A DNA stretch of 64,000 nt from Lama guanicoe (Eukaryota), in NCBI GenBank assembly GCA_013239625.1, contig MU053216.1, forward strand, positions 994,001 to 1,058,000, in the 5' to 3' direction. Both the position numbers and the translations under genes were made by a program. This document shows, piece after piece, positions 24,741 through 37,609 of this stretch (the stretch's first letter is position 1; every line of letters starts with the position of its first letter). Below the pieces are notes generated by a model, which did no database searches, had not been told where the DNA came from, and saw nothing but the letters and a program-made list of their open reading frames with translations.

Positions 24741-27700
24741 GTGCAGGCTGGGGACTGGGACTTGGGTCAGCCTGCCTTTGGGGTTACCCTGTTCTGGGAT
24801 CAGAGTTGCCTGAACAGAGCCCAGCCTGCCACTTTCCAGGAGGCACATGGCTGGGGGTCAAGGGCAATGCATATGCACCTTGGAGTTCACCTGACTCCAC
24901 AGAGGGGAACATTCAAATGAGATGCAAATACATCCAACAGCAGGGACAGGGACTCTTGGGGGCTGTCTCTGCAGCTGGAGAGGCGCCTGGTGCTGGGGCC
25001 TTGTCCTCGGAAGGAAGGGACGACTAGTGCAGAGTGCTGCCTGCTGCCGCCCTCTGCCTGCCGCCGAGCCTCGGGAGGCCAGCTGCTGCTCCCCTGCCCC
25101 CGCCAGTCCTCGGGCTCCGCAGTAAGGAGCCCTCCACAGGAGGCTGAGCCACTGTCTGTCTGGAGCCCGCCTTGCAGCAGGACGGTCAGGACAGGCCCAG
25201 GCCCAGGGCTGCAGGGACTGAAGTGCCCCGCCAAGGAGGAAGCCAGTTAAACATTACCCCAACGGCCCCCCACAAAGTGAGTCAGACTCCCCGCAGGGCG
25301 CTGGGCGGGCCGGCTTCGTTCCAGGTGGGTGACCAAGCTGCCCAAGCCTGGGACAGGTCACCAGAGCCGGAGCGGACGGCAGCCTCCTCTCCTGACCCCA
25401 GCGGCTCTCTCCTCACAGTTCCCAAAGGCGGCCAGCGTGGGCCCTTCACTGGAGATGAGGGGCGGGCCTCCTCCCCCGGAGACACACTCCTAAGCCGCCC
25501 GGGAGTTCCCTGAGGCCACAGCTGAGCAGCGGGAGCCTCCATCAGCCCTCGGCTCTGGTACACAGGGCTGCAGACAGCATCCGGAGACCAGAGAGGGAGG
25601 GTGGCTCGCTCAAGGTCACAGCCTAACCGGGAGGACTGAAACACAGGTCCCAGGATTCCCCATCTGCTGAGAAGCTGGATGTGGGCAGAGCTTTGGTCTC
25701 CCAGCCAGAGGCAGGGGCCTGAAGGCCTGAGCAGGTGTCCACCGATGGCCCCGGCTCAGCACCCACCTGGCTGCACTGGTGGGCACAGGCCGGGTGAGCC
25801 CGCCCTGGGTCCTAGGCTCAGGAGGACGGCTGGGGGAGGTGTGTGTGTTTCCATTGGAAGGAGCGAGCCTGGTGAGTGTGTGCCCGTGTGCATGGGCCTG
25901 TAAGTGCACAGGGCGGTGGCCTGCCTGCCAGTGAGTCTGAGGGACATCCATGTGTCCCTCGTCACAGAACCTTCCAGATGCAGCTCTCCTGATCAAATCT
26001 CTGTGATCCAATTCTCTGCCACTCCACTGCCTGCTCAGGAAGTCAGGGCCCCTGCGGTCAAGTCTCCACAAAGCTGCGTGTGTTCAGTGGAAGGATTCTC
26101 CTTTACTCAAGTATGCATGCCTTAATTTTATGGTTTTAGTATTAAAATATCCTTTGCTTATGGGGTGGGAGGACAGGAGGTGGTAATTGCTTTTTAACGT
26201 TTTTACTTCTCAAACCAAAACAGTGACAACACCATTTGTGTATTCACATTAAAAAATATATTATGAATTTGTAAAAAGTCAGACTCTTTAGGGTATGGTC
26301 TGACCACCTCACAGTGGGAATAGGACTGACACAGCAGGGTGACTTCCAGGCCTGCTGGCCTGGGGCTGGGGGTCCCCTGTCTCCACTCTGGGCTCTCTGG
26401 GGAGAAAAGCTGCCCTGTGCAGTGCAGACAGGGCATAGGGGCCGGGGATCCCAGAGCCCACACTGTTCTGGGGAGGGGAGGGGAGCTCCTTCCTCCCACC
26501 GACTGGGGAGTCTTGAAAACTGCTGTCCTTCACCGGGTTTCGTGGTGCGATAAACCCTGTGTCTGCGGATCCTCCCCAGAGGAAGTGACCGGCACGTGAT
26601 CATAATTTTTAACGTACGTGCATGTTAAAGAATCACGTGATGAACTCTCCTATGTGGCCACTCACTTGAAGAAGTCAGGTGTTGCCGCTCAATACCTTGC
26701 GATGCGCTTACGGTGGAAAATGAGACGCGACTGAGTCAGTTTGCTGTACGCCTGAAACTCACACGACATGTGAATCCCCTTCGCTCCAACAGCAGCAAAG
26801 AACGAGGGCATCGCAAGCGCCTTTGAAGCCCCTGTGTGCCCCCCCGCCGCAACCCTTGTCCCCACAAAGGTGAACACGGCCGACTGTCAGTTTTATGTGT
26901 TTTACTCCCCTGGTTCCCTAGGTGAGGTCACTACGTGTTTGTCGCCCCTGAAACGACACATTGCTCACTTTGGCACCTTCCTGTCGCCCGGGTGTACATG
27001 TCCACTTCCCGCTTTTTTCTGTTCGTTCGGTCGATGCCAAGGTTGTAAAATTCATTTATCTTCTCTGCTGTGGAAGAACGAAATGAAGGGAACGCGAGCG
27101 CTGACTCACCCATCTTCCTGTGGGTGGACACGTGGGTGTCTCCCCGAGTTTCGCTCCTGGAACCAGGGCTGCCCTGAATCCTCCCGGGCTCCCTGCTGCC
27201 CGCGGTCAAGGGCTTCTCCCCCAGCGAGTGCCGCACACTCTTACCCGCAACTCGCCTGCCGGGAGGCTGATGTCCCTGGTCCTGGAGGACGAGGGTCCTG
27301 GGTGCTGAGGGCCCCTGGCTCCGCCTCCCGTGTGACCCAGAGGGGCTCCCAGGCTGTTCGCGTTCCCCATTTTCCTTCCCAAAGCAAGTTATTGTGAGTC
27401 TCCGAACCTACTACACCAAGTGCTGAGGAGACACCGAGGTGAACAAGACAGCCCTCCTCTCCTCAGGACGTTCGGGGAGGCAGGACGTGGGCTCAGACGC
27501 TGAACACTGGCCCTGCCCCCGTGAGCCACCCCTTCTCCCACCGCCCTGTACGCACCCTTGGGCAACACAGGCAAGCTGTCTCCTGAGCTCCCGCCCCCAG
27601 CGTCTGGCCACCTGCTGGACGGCCCACCACTGCTGTCTTCAGGGCCCCCTTGTTCTAACAGGTGGAGGCCAGAGATGCTGCTGCCACCTCACAGTGTGCG

Positions 27701-28462
27701 GACAGCCACACGGCAAGACCATCAGGCCCCAGAAGTCAAAAACGCTTGAGGCTGAGACCCTTGCCTTACCCCCGCACCCGTCCCATCACGGACCTGCCTT
27801 CGCCGGCCCCTCAAGGTAGCGAGTGGGAGTCACCCTGCTGGCTCCTCCTTCGCCCTCAGCGGTCAGTTCAATGGCCATGCAGCCTACCAGCGCCCCTGCC
27901 AACGCCTCCTCACCTCCTGGTGGGTGGCGCTCCAGCCTCTTCTTTCTTTCATGGACTTGACGGTAGCCCCTCGGTGGCCTCCCCCTCCAGCTGGACCCTT
28001 GTCCCACTGCGGCCGGGGCTGTCTCTCAAAATCCCGTGGGCCTTCCCACTCCAAGGCCGTTTGCCTTCTCAGTTTCCTCAACTCCCTCCTACTCGGCAGG
28101 GTAAAGGCCAGCCCCCAGCAAAGCGCAGCCCACGGCCCCCTGTCCTGCCGGCCTGGGAGGCATGCGGGGCTCCAGGCACAGGAGTCCTCTCTCTGGGCAG
28201 AAGTGCCCAGATGTCCTTTCCTCTGGAAGCCGCCCCATCCCTCCATTAGACTCAGTCCCTCCTGATGACACAGTGTCGGTGCTGAGTGGGGCTGGGTGTG
28301 TGCATGCTCAGGAGGGCGCGTGTGCACGCCTGCTCATGCAGACATGTGTGAGCTTGTGCACCGGCACACATCCGTCCCTGCTGCCAGAGAGGGGCTGTCG
28401 TGAGGCCGGGAACCGAGCCCTCAGCATCTCTGCGTCACTGAAAGCCAAGGCTCTTTGCTGAT

Positions 28463-28710
28463 TGCAGTGGGTAGGACTACATTCCTTTCAATATACGTTC
28501 AACTCCTGACCCCTGCTACCTGTGAAGGTGACCGTACCGGGAAATGGGGTCTTTGCAGATGTAAGCAAGTTTAAATGCGGTCACACTGGATTCAGGTGGG
28601 CTCTGATGCAAGGACTGATGTAAGAAGAGAGCAGTCTGGACACAGGCACAGAGACACAGGGAGGGGTCCACGTGATGCTGATGGCAGACACTGGGCCACA
28701 CAGAGGCCAC
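28463..28710 (+). mobile_element. MLT1-type LTR fragment
   Basis: 'acctgtgaaggtgaccgtaccgggaaatggggtctttgcagatgtaagcaagtttaaatgcggtcacactggatt' resembles the MLT1 5' region. Confidence 0.7.
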
Positions 28711-29435
28711 TGTGCTGACAGCACCAGGCACAGGGAGGGCATCTGGGAAGACACAGTGCCGGCCGTCGAGAACCTTCTGGGCACTATGTGTACTCAACCT
28801 TCCTTGTCTGGGTTTTTGTGTTTAGAGAGAGGGTGCTGGAGTTTGGGCTTTTAGAGATGTTTCCGACTGTCCGCTGGCTTCATGAAGTGTTCCTAGAAGG
28901 CAGGCTTCAAATGACTCAGAGTGATTTTCTTTCTCAGTGGCGGTGTCTCCACTGACAATGTATGGGAAGAACGTTCTCCAGGTCCCCAAGGGCCAGCAGG
29001 CTCCCCGGGAAGGGCCGGGCCCGGGATCCCAGCATCCCAGCATCCCAGCATCCCAGGACATGGGTTAGTGTGCTCCTCTTCCTCTTTCCCCGGAAGAGCC
29101 AGTGGGTCAAGGCTCACCTTGGTCTCTGCAGGGCCCTCGTCAGCCCTCACACCGCTCACCCCAGTGTCGCCAACACTCAACAACCAACTCATTTCACCCC
29201 CACAACCTGGAGGGAACTGGACAGGTGCCATCATTTCCACTACGCAGACCAGGAAGCTGCGGTGATTTGCCCCAAGTCACATGGTGCACATGGCAGAATC
29301 AGAGCTCAAAGTCAGGTCTCCAGGCTCCCAGGGCGACCTGCATTCCTTGAACCTCACCCCTCACCTCCAATTCCAAGAAGGAAGGCTCCCTGGAGGAGAG
29401 GGCATTTGGGGAAGGAGACACCTTAGCAGGCTAGC

Positions 29436-29499
29436 TGTGTGTGTGTGTGTGTGTCTGTGTGTGTGTGTGTCTGTGTCTGTGTCTGTGTGTCTGTGTGTG
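29436..29499. repeat. Compound (TG)n/(TCTGTG)n microsatellite
   Basis: Read directly. Confidence 0.85.
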
Positions 29500-30029
29500 C
29501 GCAGGCTCTGCTCAGCAGTTGGCTTGCCCTTCCCTGGGAGATCTCAGAGCTGGAGGGCCCTGTAGAGACCACCAGCCCCGGGTCTGTACCCCTGGTCTGA
29601 GGCCAGGCTGGCAAGCAAGGCCCAGCAGGACGCTGGCAGTTCTATGCTGCCCTGGTCTTCCCCTCCAGTGCCTAAGGCTGCTCTTCATTCCTCTCAGAGC
29701 AGGAGCCACAGCCGCTGACCTTGCAGGTCTGATGCTTCAGGAAGATAAGAGTCCCCTGCTAAGCGACTGATCCTCTCTGGTCCCCTGAGGCTGGCTCCTG
29801 GACAGGCCGCAGGCGGCACCTGAGCCCCCGCACTTGCCCCAGAACTCCAGTCCTAGTTGTCTGTTCACTGTTCTCTTCCTTCCCTTCCTTCCGGGGAAAA
29901 GCCGAGCCTCCTCCGCCCATCTCCACACCCGGCCCCTCCAGTGCAAAGTCCAGACGAGCCAGCGGCGAGAGGATCTCAGACATCTTCGCTTTGTCAGAGC
30001 ACTGGGCACTCCAGTGTTTGCAGAACTGA

Positions 30030-30720
30030 GCCGCGACACTCACGTGGGGAGGGGCGGGCTTGGCCTGGAGCGGGCCTGCAGCTTTGCGCTGGGCACAGGG
30101 CGAGCGCGCCCAGCTCTCTCCTGGGGCCTCGCGGTCGTGGGCCCCGGGCGGCGCCGCGGGAGCAGGAGGGCGCTGCAGCCCCACCCCCGGTGCGGCCTCT
30201 CACCTTCCCGCCCGCTTCCCGCCTGGGTTTCTCGGGATCGGGCCTCTCGGCCGGCGGAGAGCCCGGTCTGACCCCCTGCCCCGGGCACCTGCGGGAGGGG
30301 GGCGTGCGGGCCCGGCTGGTCCGACAGGTTCTGAGCAGGAAGTCCCCCCCCCCGCCCCGCGCGGCCCGGGCGCCCGTCCGTCCGCGCGTCCGTCCGTCTG
30401 TCCGGCTGTCCTGCGGCCGGGGCGGGGACCGGGGCGGCTCCGTCCGCGACGCCCACACCACCGGGCCAATCCCGGGCGGCCGGCGGCGCGCGGCTGCGCG
30501 GGGCGCGGGGCCGGCGGGATAAGAGGCCAGGTGAGCCTACCTGCGCCGGCGGCGGGCGAGGCCGGGCTCCGGCGGCATGTCCGTCAGCAGGAAGGACTGG
30601 GCCGCGCTGTCCAGGTGAGCCCGCGGCCTCTCCCGGGGGCTGGCCGCTCCTGGGGGGCGACGGGGCTGGGGCCGAACTGGGGCGGCCCCGGGTGTCCCGG
30701 CTGTCCCGCCGCCGCCTCCT
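30030..30720 (+). promoter_or_regulatory. LAD1: LAD1 CpG-island promoter
   Basis: Very CpG-dense; GC box 30419-30427, CCAAT 30466-30470, E-boxes CACCTG 30286-30291 and CAGGTG 30528-30533; contains the first coding exon. Confidence 0.85.
30577..30614 (+). CDS. LAD1: LAD1 exon 1 coding part (MSVSRKDWAALS)
   Basis: ggcATG TCC GTC...TCC AG|gtgagc. Confidence 0.92.
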
Positions 30721-33700
30721 TCCCCTCTGGGGACCGAGGCACAAGCAGGCTGCCTGGGAGCGCTGTCCCAGACTGGAGAGGCCGTTTTGGGGATGGAGGA
30801 GTCGTTCGGGAGTTATGACCAAGCCTCATTTCCTGGGAAGCCCCCCTCGCCGCTCTCGGTTCCCTGCAGGGAGCTGTGAGTGGCCCTAGATGCCTCACAG
30901 CCCCCCTTGGAGAGGAGGAGGGGGCACAGGGCCAGGGCCGCCCTGAGGGTCGGCAGGACAGGGGTCAGCGACCAGGACCAGAGGGGGACAGGTCCCCTCC
31001 CACTGGTAAGGCTCAGGTTCTGAGTGTGGCATTCTGGGGTGGCGTCTGCACTGGGTGACCTCAAGATAGTTGCTGTCCCCCTCTGTGTTTCAGTCTTGTG
31101 AGCTGGTCCTTCAAAGGGTCAGGGGACTGGGTATCTTATCCCTGCCTGCTGGACATCTGCTGGGTCAGAGAAGGGTGGGGGTGGGGGTGTTCAGGAGGCG
31201 GCACTCCTCATGCGGTTGGTGACCCCTGGACTCCTCTTGTAGTCACCCTGCACATCCCCTAGAGATGCTTCCCCGAGCGTCTTCACCTCCGATCTCTGCA
31301 TTCCCCTCCCACAATTTTGTCCCTAAGGAGACTGAGGCCCATGTAGTCATGGATCGGAGTGGGGTCCCCACTTCTTTGACCCCAAAGGCTCTAGCCAGTA
31401 GAAACTGGCCTCTTGGCCCCTCTCAGGTGTGGATTAGCCCCCTCCCAGGCCTTCCCCATCAAGGTGATCCCCATCCGCCCCCACCCAGGGGCCCTGGAGC
31501 TTCTCCAAGGTCTCAGACCTGGCCTCCCTATGGCAGTTCATTCTCCAGGGCTGGGGTCCTATCCGGACCCTCAGACCTCGCTGCTCTGAAGCGGTTGTCT
31601 GGTCACCCCCGTCCAGAAAGAGGGAGGAGTGTGCCCCGAGGAAGGAGGAACTCAGGTTCTGGACATTTGGACCAGCTGCCTCAGGGGCTGGACACACCCA
31701 GGGAGGGTCTGTGCTGAGGGCGGGGCTGGAGGTCAAGGCCTCGGACTCTGCGCGCAGGGGGTTGATGTGGGAGCGTCTGTGCTTCCAGGTGGGGCGTATC
31801 TGTGTCCGTGTGCCTCCGTGTGCACACGAGTGTGGGTCTGAGAGCGTGCCTGGATGTGTGTGGCGGGGGGGGCGCCTGCTGGGCAGCGGGGGCACTGGGA
31901 CTTGTAAAGTGGGAGCAGGGTCTGGCCTTGGCTTGCCCCCTGCTCAGATGGACCTGGTCTCCTGTGGCTGCAGGGGCGGGGGCCAGTGCCATGGATGTCC
32001 AGGGCAGCGAGGGACACCCCCTAGAGAGCCGGTCCTGCCGCAGAGCTCCTGGCCTGCCTCCCTGCTGGGCCCCAGCCCTCCCCAAGCCCTGTGGGCAGAC
32101 ACAGCTGTTGCCAGCCGTCACCCCGATGAGGCACCTGGAGCAGAGGGCCCTCCCGTCCCGCTCCCTTGTGAACAAGCCTCAGCTGGCAGGAGGGAGGGGC
32201 TGTGAGTCACAGTCAACTGAGCCTCCCAGGCTGGGAGGCCTGGGAGGAGGGTGTGAGGAGCGTGGCCCCAGACAGGGCCCAGGTGGGCAGCCGAGGTCCA
32301 GCCTGCAGCCCCGCCTTGGCACGAGGCAGAAATTCTGATGCTCCAGCCCTGGGACGGGGACAGCCGTGAGCTGGCTGGCCAGGGGTCCCGGTCAGCGGCC
32401 TTGCCCTCTCCTTCTTGGGCCCGCCTGGTGAGGGGTGAGGCTGGGCGGGCCTGTCCATGGGGGGTGAGGGGTGGATCTGGGAGCGCCGGGACTGAGCGGC
32501 AGCTGTTAATCATTTCCCTGCCTGGGCCTTGAGCAGCCCTCGGCTCTCCCTGACACCTCTCTCTAGACTATCAGTGCTGGAAGGGACCCCGCTGGCCACC
32601 CACAGTGACCCCTCATTGCGTGGAAGGCCTGTCCCCCTCAGGGGCTGCCCAGGGCCACGCGGCCAATCAGAGCTGCATCTTCTGGCCCAGTGCCTTGCCT
32701 GGGCGCCCTTTTCTCCTCTTCCAAGATGTGCAGACCCATGCTCTTTGGGCCCCAGGGTTCCCAGGATGCTCTGGGGCGGGCTTCACACCCTTCCCTGCTT
32801 TAACCAGAGCCCCGAGCCTCGATCTGTCGATCTGTCGTGCGATGGGCTTCCAGATGGAGTTCAGCTGGGGGAGAAGTGTTCTGCGGGTACACCTGAGGGC
32901 ACGCACACCCCCGCCCACAGCTGCATCGAGTGCACAGAAAGAAGGCCCAAGGGAGGGAGCAGAGCCAGCTCAAGGGAAAGAGGTCCCTTCTCCTCAGGGT
33001 GGAGCTGTGAAGTCAGGAGTAGGGAGGGTGGCAAAGGGATGTGTGTCCCCAAATAAGGCTAGGAGGGGGAGGACAGGGTTCTGGGTGGGGGTGGCAGGGC
33101 AGCTGCCCAGGGCCATGGCATCAGCTGGTGAGAGCGACTGGGACTCCCTGGGGCGCGGGGTCTGCACGCTCCTCCTGGCCTGGCCCTGGAGCTCGAAAGG
33201 TCAACGCGTTGGCTCTGGGGTTCCCCAAGCCTGCTCCCCCAGGCTGCGCCATGAGCTCAGGCTGCCTGGGCCGGGGAGCCCTTCACGTCCTGAGCCCCAC
33301 AGGCTCCCCTGAGCCCTTCTGACTGTGCAGGTGTTGGGCTCCCTGGTCGGTGGGGCCTCGCTCTGCTTTGGAGCTGTGCCTCGCAGGACGTCTGTCTGTC
33401 CCTCCTGCCACTTGGGCTTGTGGTTAAGGGCCCTTGAGAGGCTGACCTAGGCTGGAACTCGGTTCCTTCTTTTCATCCTGTCCTGTCTTGGCAGCGCTGC
33501 GAGCCCCTGTGAGCCCCAGCGCCCTCATCTGCAAAATGGAACAATCGCACCTGCCCCGAGAAGGCCATCAGGAGGCCTCAGCACGGCCGGGGCCCTGGCT
33601 CCTCTGCCCTTTGTGTTTCGATTCCCTGTTCATATTCAGCAAGCATTTGTGTGCCCTTGAATGCCCAGCCCTGTCCTCGGCCCTCGGTTATCATGTATTT

Positions 33701-35049
33701 ATCACGGGGCCTCAGCTGCTGCCCCTGCCAGCTCCCCGGGACCCTGACCTTCGCCCTCCTCCCCTCTGTTTCCTCATCTCTGGAGGAACACGCTTTGCTT
33801 TGTGGAGATGACATGTCTCCCAGGGTGGGGTGGGGTTGACCACATCTCTTGGGTGACCGGTGGGGTCTTGATGCAGAGCTGGGGGACACTCCAGGATACC
33901 TGGGCCCCACCTCCTGCAGCTCCAGCCCTGAGACCCTGCAGGGCGATGGCCCGCCTGGGAGTGAGTCACTTCCGAGGAGACCAGGCTCTGACAGATCACA
34001 CACCGCGGACGTCTCAGGCCCCATAAACAAACCAGCGGCTCCCCTGAGGGCTGAGGCCTGTGTGGGAACCAGGTTGCTCAGGCCCGAGGAATCCTGGAGG
34101 CTCCGCCCCCAGCTGAGGCCGGGGGTTTGGGGAGGAGGAGCGCCTGGCTCTGTGGGCCACTCTCCCCAAGGAAGGGGCATCCCTCAGCTTTGTAGGGTGC
34201 GGCTGGTCCTAGACTGTGGACTTGGGCAGGGCTGGGTCCAGAGGAGGAGGGAGGGACGCCAATGTGGCCCCAGAGGAAAGCGGCTGAAGAGGGCAGTGGG
34301 GAGGCGCGGGGCAGGGGGCCTGGTTCCTAAGGAGGAAGTGAGTGATCGAAGGCCCAGGGAATCTGGCTTCCATCCGTGGTCAAGGCCACGGGGAGCCCTC
34401 CCCATCCCACGCAGGGGGAGCGGAGACCTGACTGAAGAGGAGGAACTGAGGTTTTCACTGAGAGCTGCCCTGATGGTCAGACTTGGGAGGTTCTGGAAGG
34501 TTCCCTTCCAAGGGCCTGGGGCGTGGGCAGATGCCATGTGGGGCCTAGCGTTTGCTCCCTCTTCGTGCTCCTGTTTATCAAGGCGGACATGGCAATTCCT
34601 GGGGAGGAAGGCTGACTCGCCACGCTGTCCCACGGCTGCCGGCATGTGTGCGTGCTGCCGGGCGCCGCGGTGGGTGCTGGAGGTGAACGCGCCCCATCCC
34701 GTGGTGTTTCCTCTCCTCGCGGGGCAGCTTCTTCCCGCGTCCTGCTCCACCCTCTGTACCCTCCTCTCTGCTTCATTTGAACTATGAAAGCAGCCTTTGC
34801 GTGCACGTCCTGCTCTGGGGACCATCCCATCTTACTTTCTTCCCATTGAAACTCAGAAGAGCTGCTGGCGGCCACCAGTTCCTTTTTCCTGGCTTCCCCT
34901 ACACTTTCCGACAGCTCTTTCTCAGGGACCTGGAGCCTCTGCTCAGTACTGCCTCCTGGCGGCCTGGCCCTTCCAGGGGTGTGGACCGCCTGGCCTGGCC
35001 CCGCTCCAGGTCAGCCCTTCCCGGTTCCCGGGTCTCCTTCCTCTCCAGG

Positions 35050-35845
35050 GCATCTCCTCCTCACGCTTCATTTCTTGCCTCCCGTCCCCCTACCGCCTGC
35101 CATCTCACCAGACCCCTTCCTTCCTGGTCGGCCCGTCTGTCTAACAGCAGCACCAGGAGTCGCTCCGGCCGAAACGCCGAGGCGTTTTCCTTGACTTTTC
35201 TCTTTCCCTCGCCCCTCATCCAGCCCTTCAGCAAGCCCTGTGAGCTCAATCTTCAGAACACGTCCCAGATCCATGACTTTCCCCATCTCTCTGTCACCAC
35301 CCCTGTTCACACCAGCAGGGCTCTCGCCCAGGCAGCTGCAGGAGTCTCCCGGAAAGGGGGCACTATGGGGGACACGTGCCACTCTCCCCAGCCCCTCTTC
35401 CCCATCCTTAAGGTTTGCTCTCCACACAGCGGCCAGAGGGATTTACAGTCGTAGTAACAGTAAGTCCTGCCCCGTCAGCCCTCAGTGTGGCGCTGTCCAG
35501 TGGCTCCCTGCACGCTGGAATAGACCCCACGCTCTTTCCCTGGTCCCCGAAGCCCTCGCCCTGGCTCCCCTTCCCCTGAGCACAGCCATGACACCCTCAC
35601 ACCCAGGCCGGTGTGCCTGCTGTGCACTCCTCCCGGGGCATCGCTGCCACGTCCGGTTCCTCTGGCTCCCGGGGCCCGTTCCCCACCAGGCATTGACGTC
35701 CTTGAGCCCCTTCCTGCTCTAGGTCTGACTCCCGCATTCCGACATGTGCCCCGAGGAAGGAGGAACCCCTGCCATCTCCTTCCTTGCTGCACCCCATCCC
35801 TGGAAGCTGTCTGGCTCAAAAAATGTGTGTTTAGTGAATAGTTGG
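35050..35845 (+). mobile_element. L2 LINE fragment including 3' end
   Basis: 'cagcaagccctgtgagctcaatcttcagaacacgtcccagatcc' and terminal 'ctcaaaaaatgtgtgtttagtgaat'. Confidence 0.6.
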
Positions 35846-36660
35846 TCAACAAATGTGATGCTGGACCTAGAAAAAAAGATCGGGGCCACCGTGTGACTCT
35901 GCTTTTAGAAAGGAGAACCGGGGAGGGGAGGGGTGAGCTGCCCGGGCAGGAGGGCCCAGCCCTGCAGACCCCGCCCCGTAGGAGGCTCCTTGCGGGGCAG
36001 GGGACTCTTCTTCAGGAAGCTCCTCAGACGCATCTTACATGTACTTCCGTTTATAAAGCTCATGGGTTTGCATGATTTTTCTTTTTCTCTTTCCCAGAAA
36101 CACATCTACTCCTTAAATTGAGGCTTGGTTGCATGGGATGCCCTGTAGGAGGGGGGCAGGGCTGGGCAGCAGGAGAGGCTGGGAGAACAGCTTTGGCGCC
36201 TGTCCGGGCCAGGGGAGGCCTTACAGCCTCTGCCGTGACTCTGGGCAAGGAGGCGGCTTCTTCCAGACCCTCCTGATCTGGTCCCCAGACAGCACTTGGT
36301 GGCTGACCCTCAGCCCAGACCTCCTGCTGCTTTGGGTGAAGCTCGGCCTCCCCCTCCAACAACCCCCCCCCTCTGACCTCTAGGCACTGGCTTCTCCCAG
36401 CCCCTCCCATCACTCTCACTGAGGTCCAACCAAGTTTCAGTCTTTTCCGGGGCCTTTCCTGACAATCCCGGCCAGCAGTAACCATTCTCTCCCTGTGTAG
36501 AGCAACTTCCATGCTCTGGTTGGTGGACACTCTTCTCTTTCTCACTGGATGGTGGGTGTCTCCAGGACAGGGACCCTGCCCTGCTCTGTGAACCCACAGT
36601 TCCCAATGGGGACAGGCCTACCGCAGGTCCTCAGTGATACCTGCTCTTTGGTTGAGATGG

Positions 36661-36893
36661 NNNNNNNNNNNNNNNNNNNNNNNNNNNNNNNNNNNNNNNN
36701 NNNNNNNNNNNNNNNNNNNNNNNNNNNNNNNNNNNNNNNNNNNNNNNNNNNNNNNNNNNNNNNNNNNNNNNNNNNNNNNNNNNNNNNNNNNNNNNNNNNN
36801 NNNNNNNNNNNNNNNNNNNNNNNNNNNNNNNNNNNNNNNNNNNNNNNNNNNNNNNNNNNNNNNNNNNNNNNNNNNNNNNNNNNNNNNNNNNNN
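36661..36893. other. Assembly gap (233 N) in LAD1 intron 1
   Basis: Run of N characters. Confidence 1.
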
Positions 36894-37224
36894 GGTGGGT
36901 GTGAGAAGGCCTCGCTGGTCCTGTGAGTGAAGGAGTCGGGGCAGGAACCAAAAGCGGGGTGTGCCCCTTGCTCCGGGACACACGGGAGAGCTGGCTCTAG
37001 AAGGAGAGAGGCTCCCAGAGGTCCTGGCAGGTGATGAGAAGGTGACACCAGAATCTCCTTGGGTGTAGTTGCTCTGGTTTGAGGGTCTCCCCTCTGCCGA
37101 GCTGAGAAGCCCCACGGGGAGCCGAGTGACCGAGGACGTTGCTGCCTATCTGTGTGGGGTTTCACCTGAGAGCCCAGGACCAGAGCGAGGGGCTTGTCAA
37201 GGTTGCCCACCACTTCCAGGCAGA

Positions 37225-37314
37225 AGAGCGGCCCCTGCTCACGTGCCCGGTCACCCCAGAGAGCGGCCCCCCGCCCACGTGCCTGGCCACCCGAGAGCGG
37301 CCCCCTGCCCACAC
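37225..37314. repeat. ~34-35 bp minisatellite, about 2.6 copies
   Basis: Units start 'agagcggcccc' at 37225, 37260 and 37294; the two full copies contain CACGTG. Confidence 0.85.
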
Positions 37315-37471
37315 CGGGGCCAGGGTGAAGCCCAGGCCAGGGGTTCCCGTCTGGGTGGTTTTGCCCCGGGGGCATCTATGACACAGAGCAGGGGAAACAC
37401 TTCCTGTTGTCGCAGCTGGGGGGCGGGGCTCGGGGCTCTCCAGGGCTGTGCTGACCCCCTTCCCCCGCCAG

Positions 37472-37609
37472 CCTGGCCAGGCAATGGACCCTGGAGGATG
37501 AGGAAGAGCAGGAGCGGGAACGGCGGCGGCGGCACCGCAACCTGAGGTCCACCTCGGACGATGAAGCTCCCTGGCCGTCCCCGGATGCAGACCCGCCGGC
37601 CCTGGAGAG
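37472..37609 (+). CDS. LAD1: LAD1 exon 2
   Basis: gccag|C CTG GCC AGG...GAG AG|gtgcgc, 138 nt, phase 2-2. Confidence 0.9.

Noticed and set aside
28978..29056. Collagen-like GPQGPAGSPGRAG peptide followed by (ATCCCAGC)n
   Set aside because: Only 4-5 Gly-X-Y triplets, no splice signals, followed by a simple 8-bp tandem repeat; chance in GC-rich DNA
36542..37375. ORFs containing X runs
   Set aside because: Artefacts of translating through the N gap
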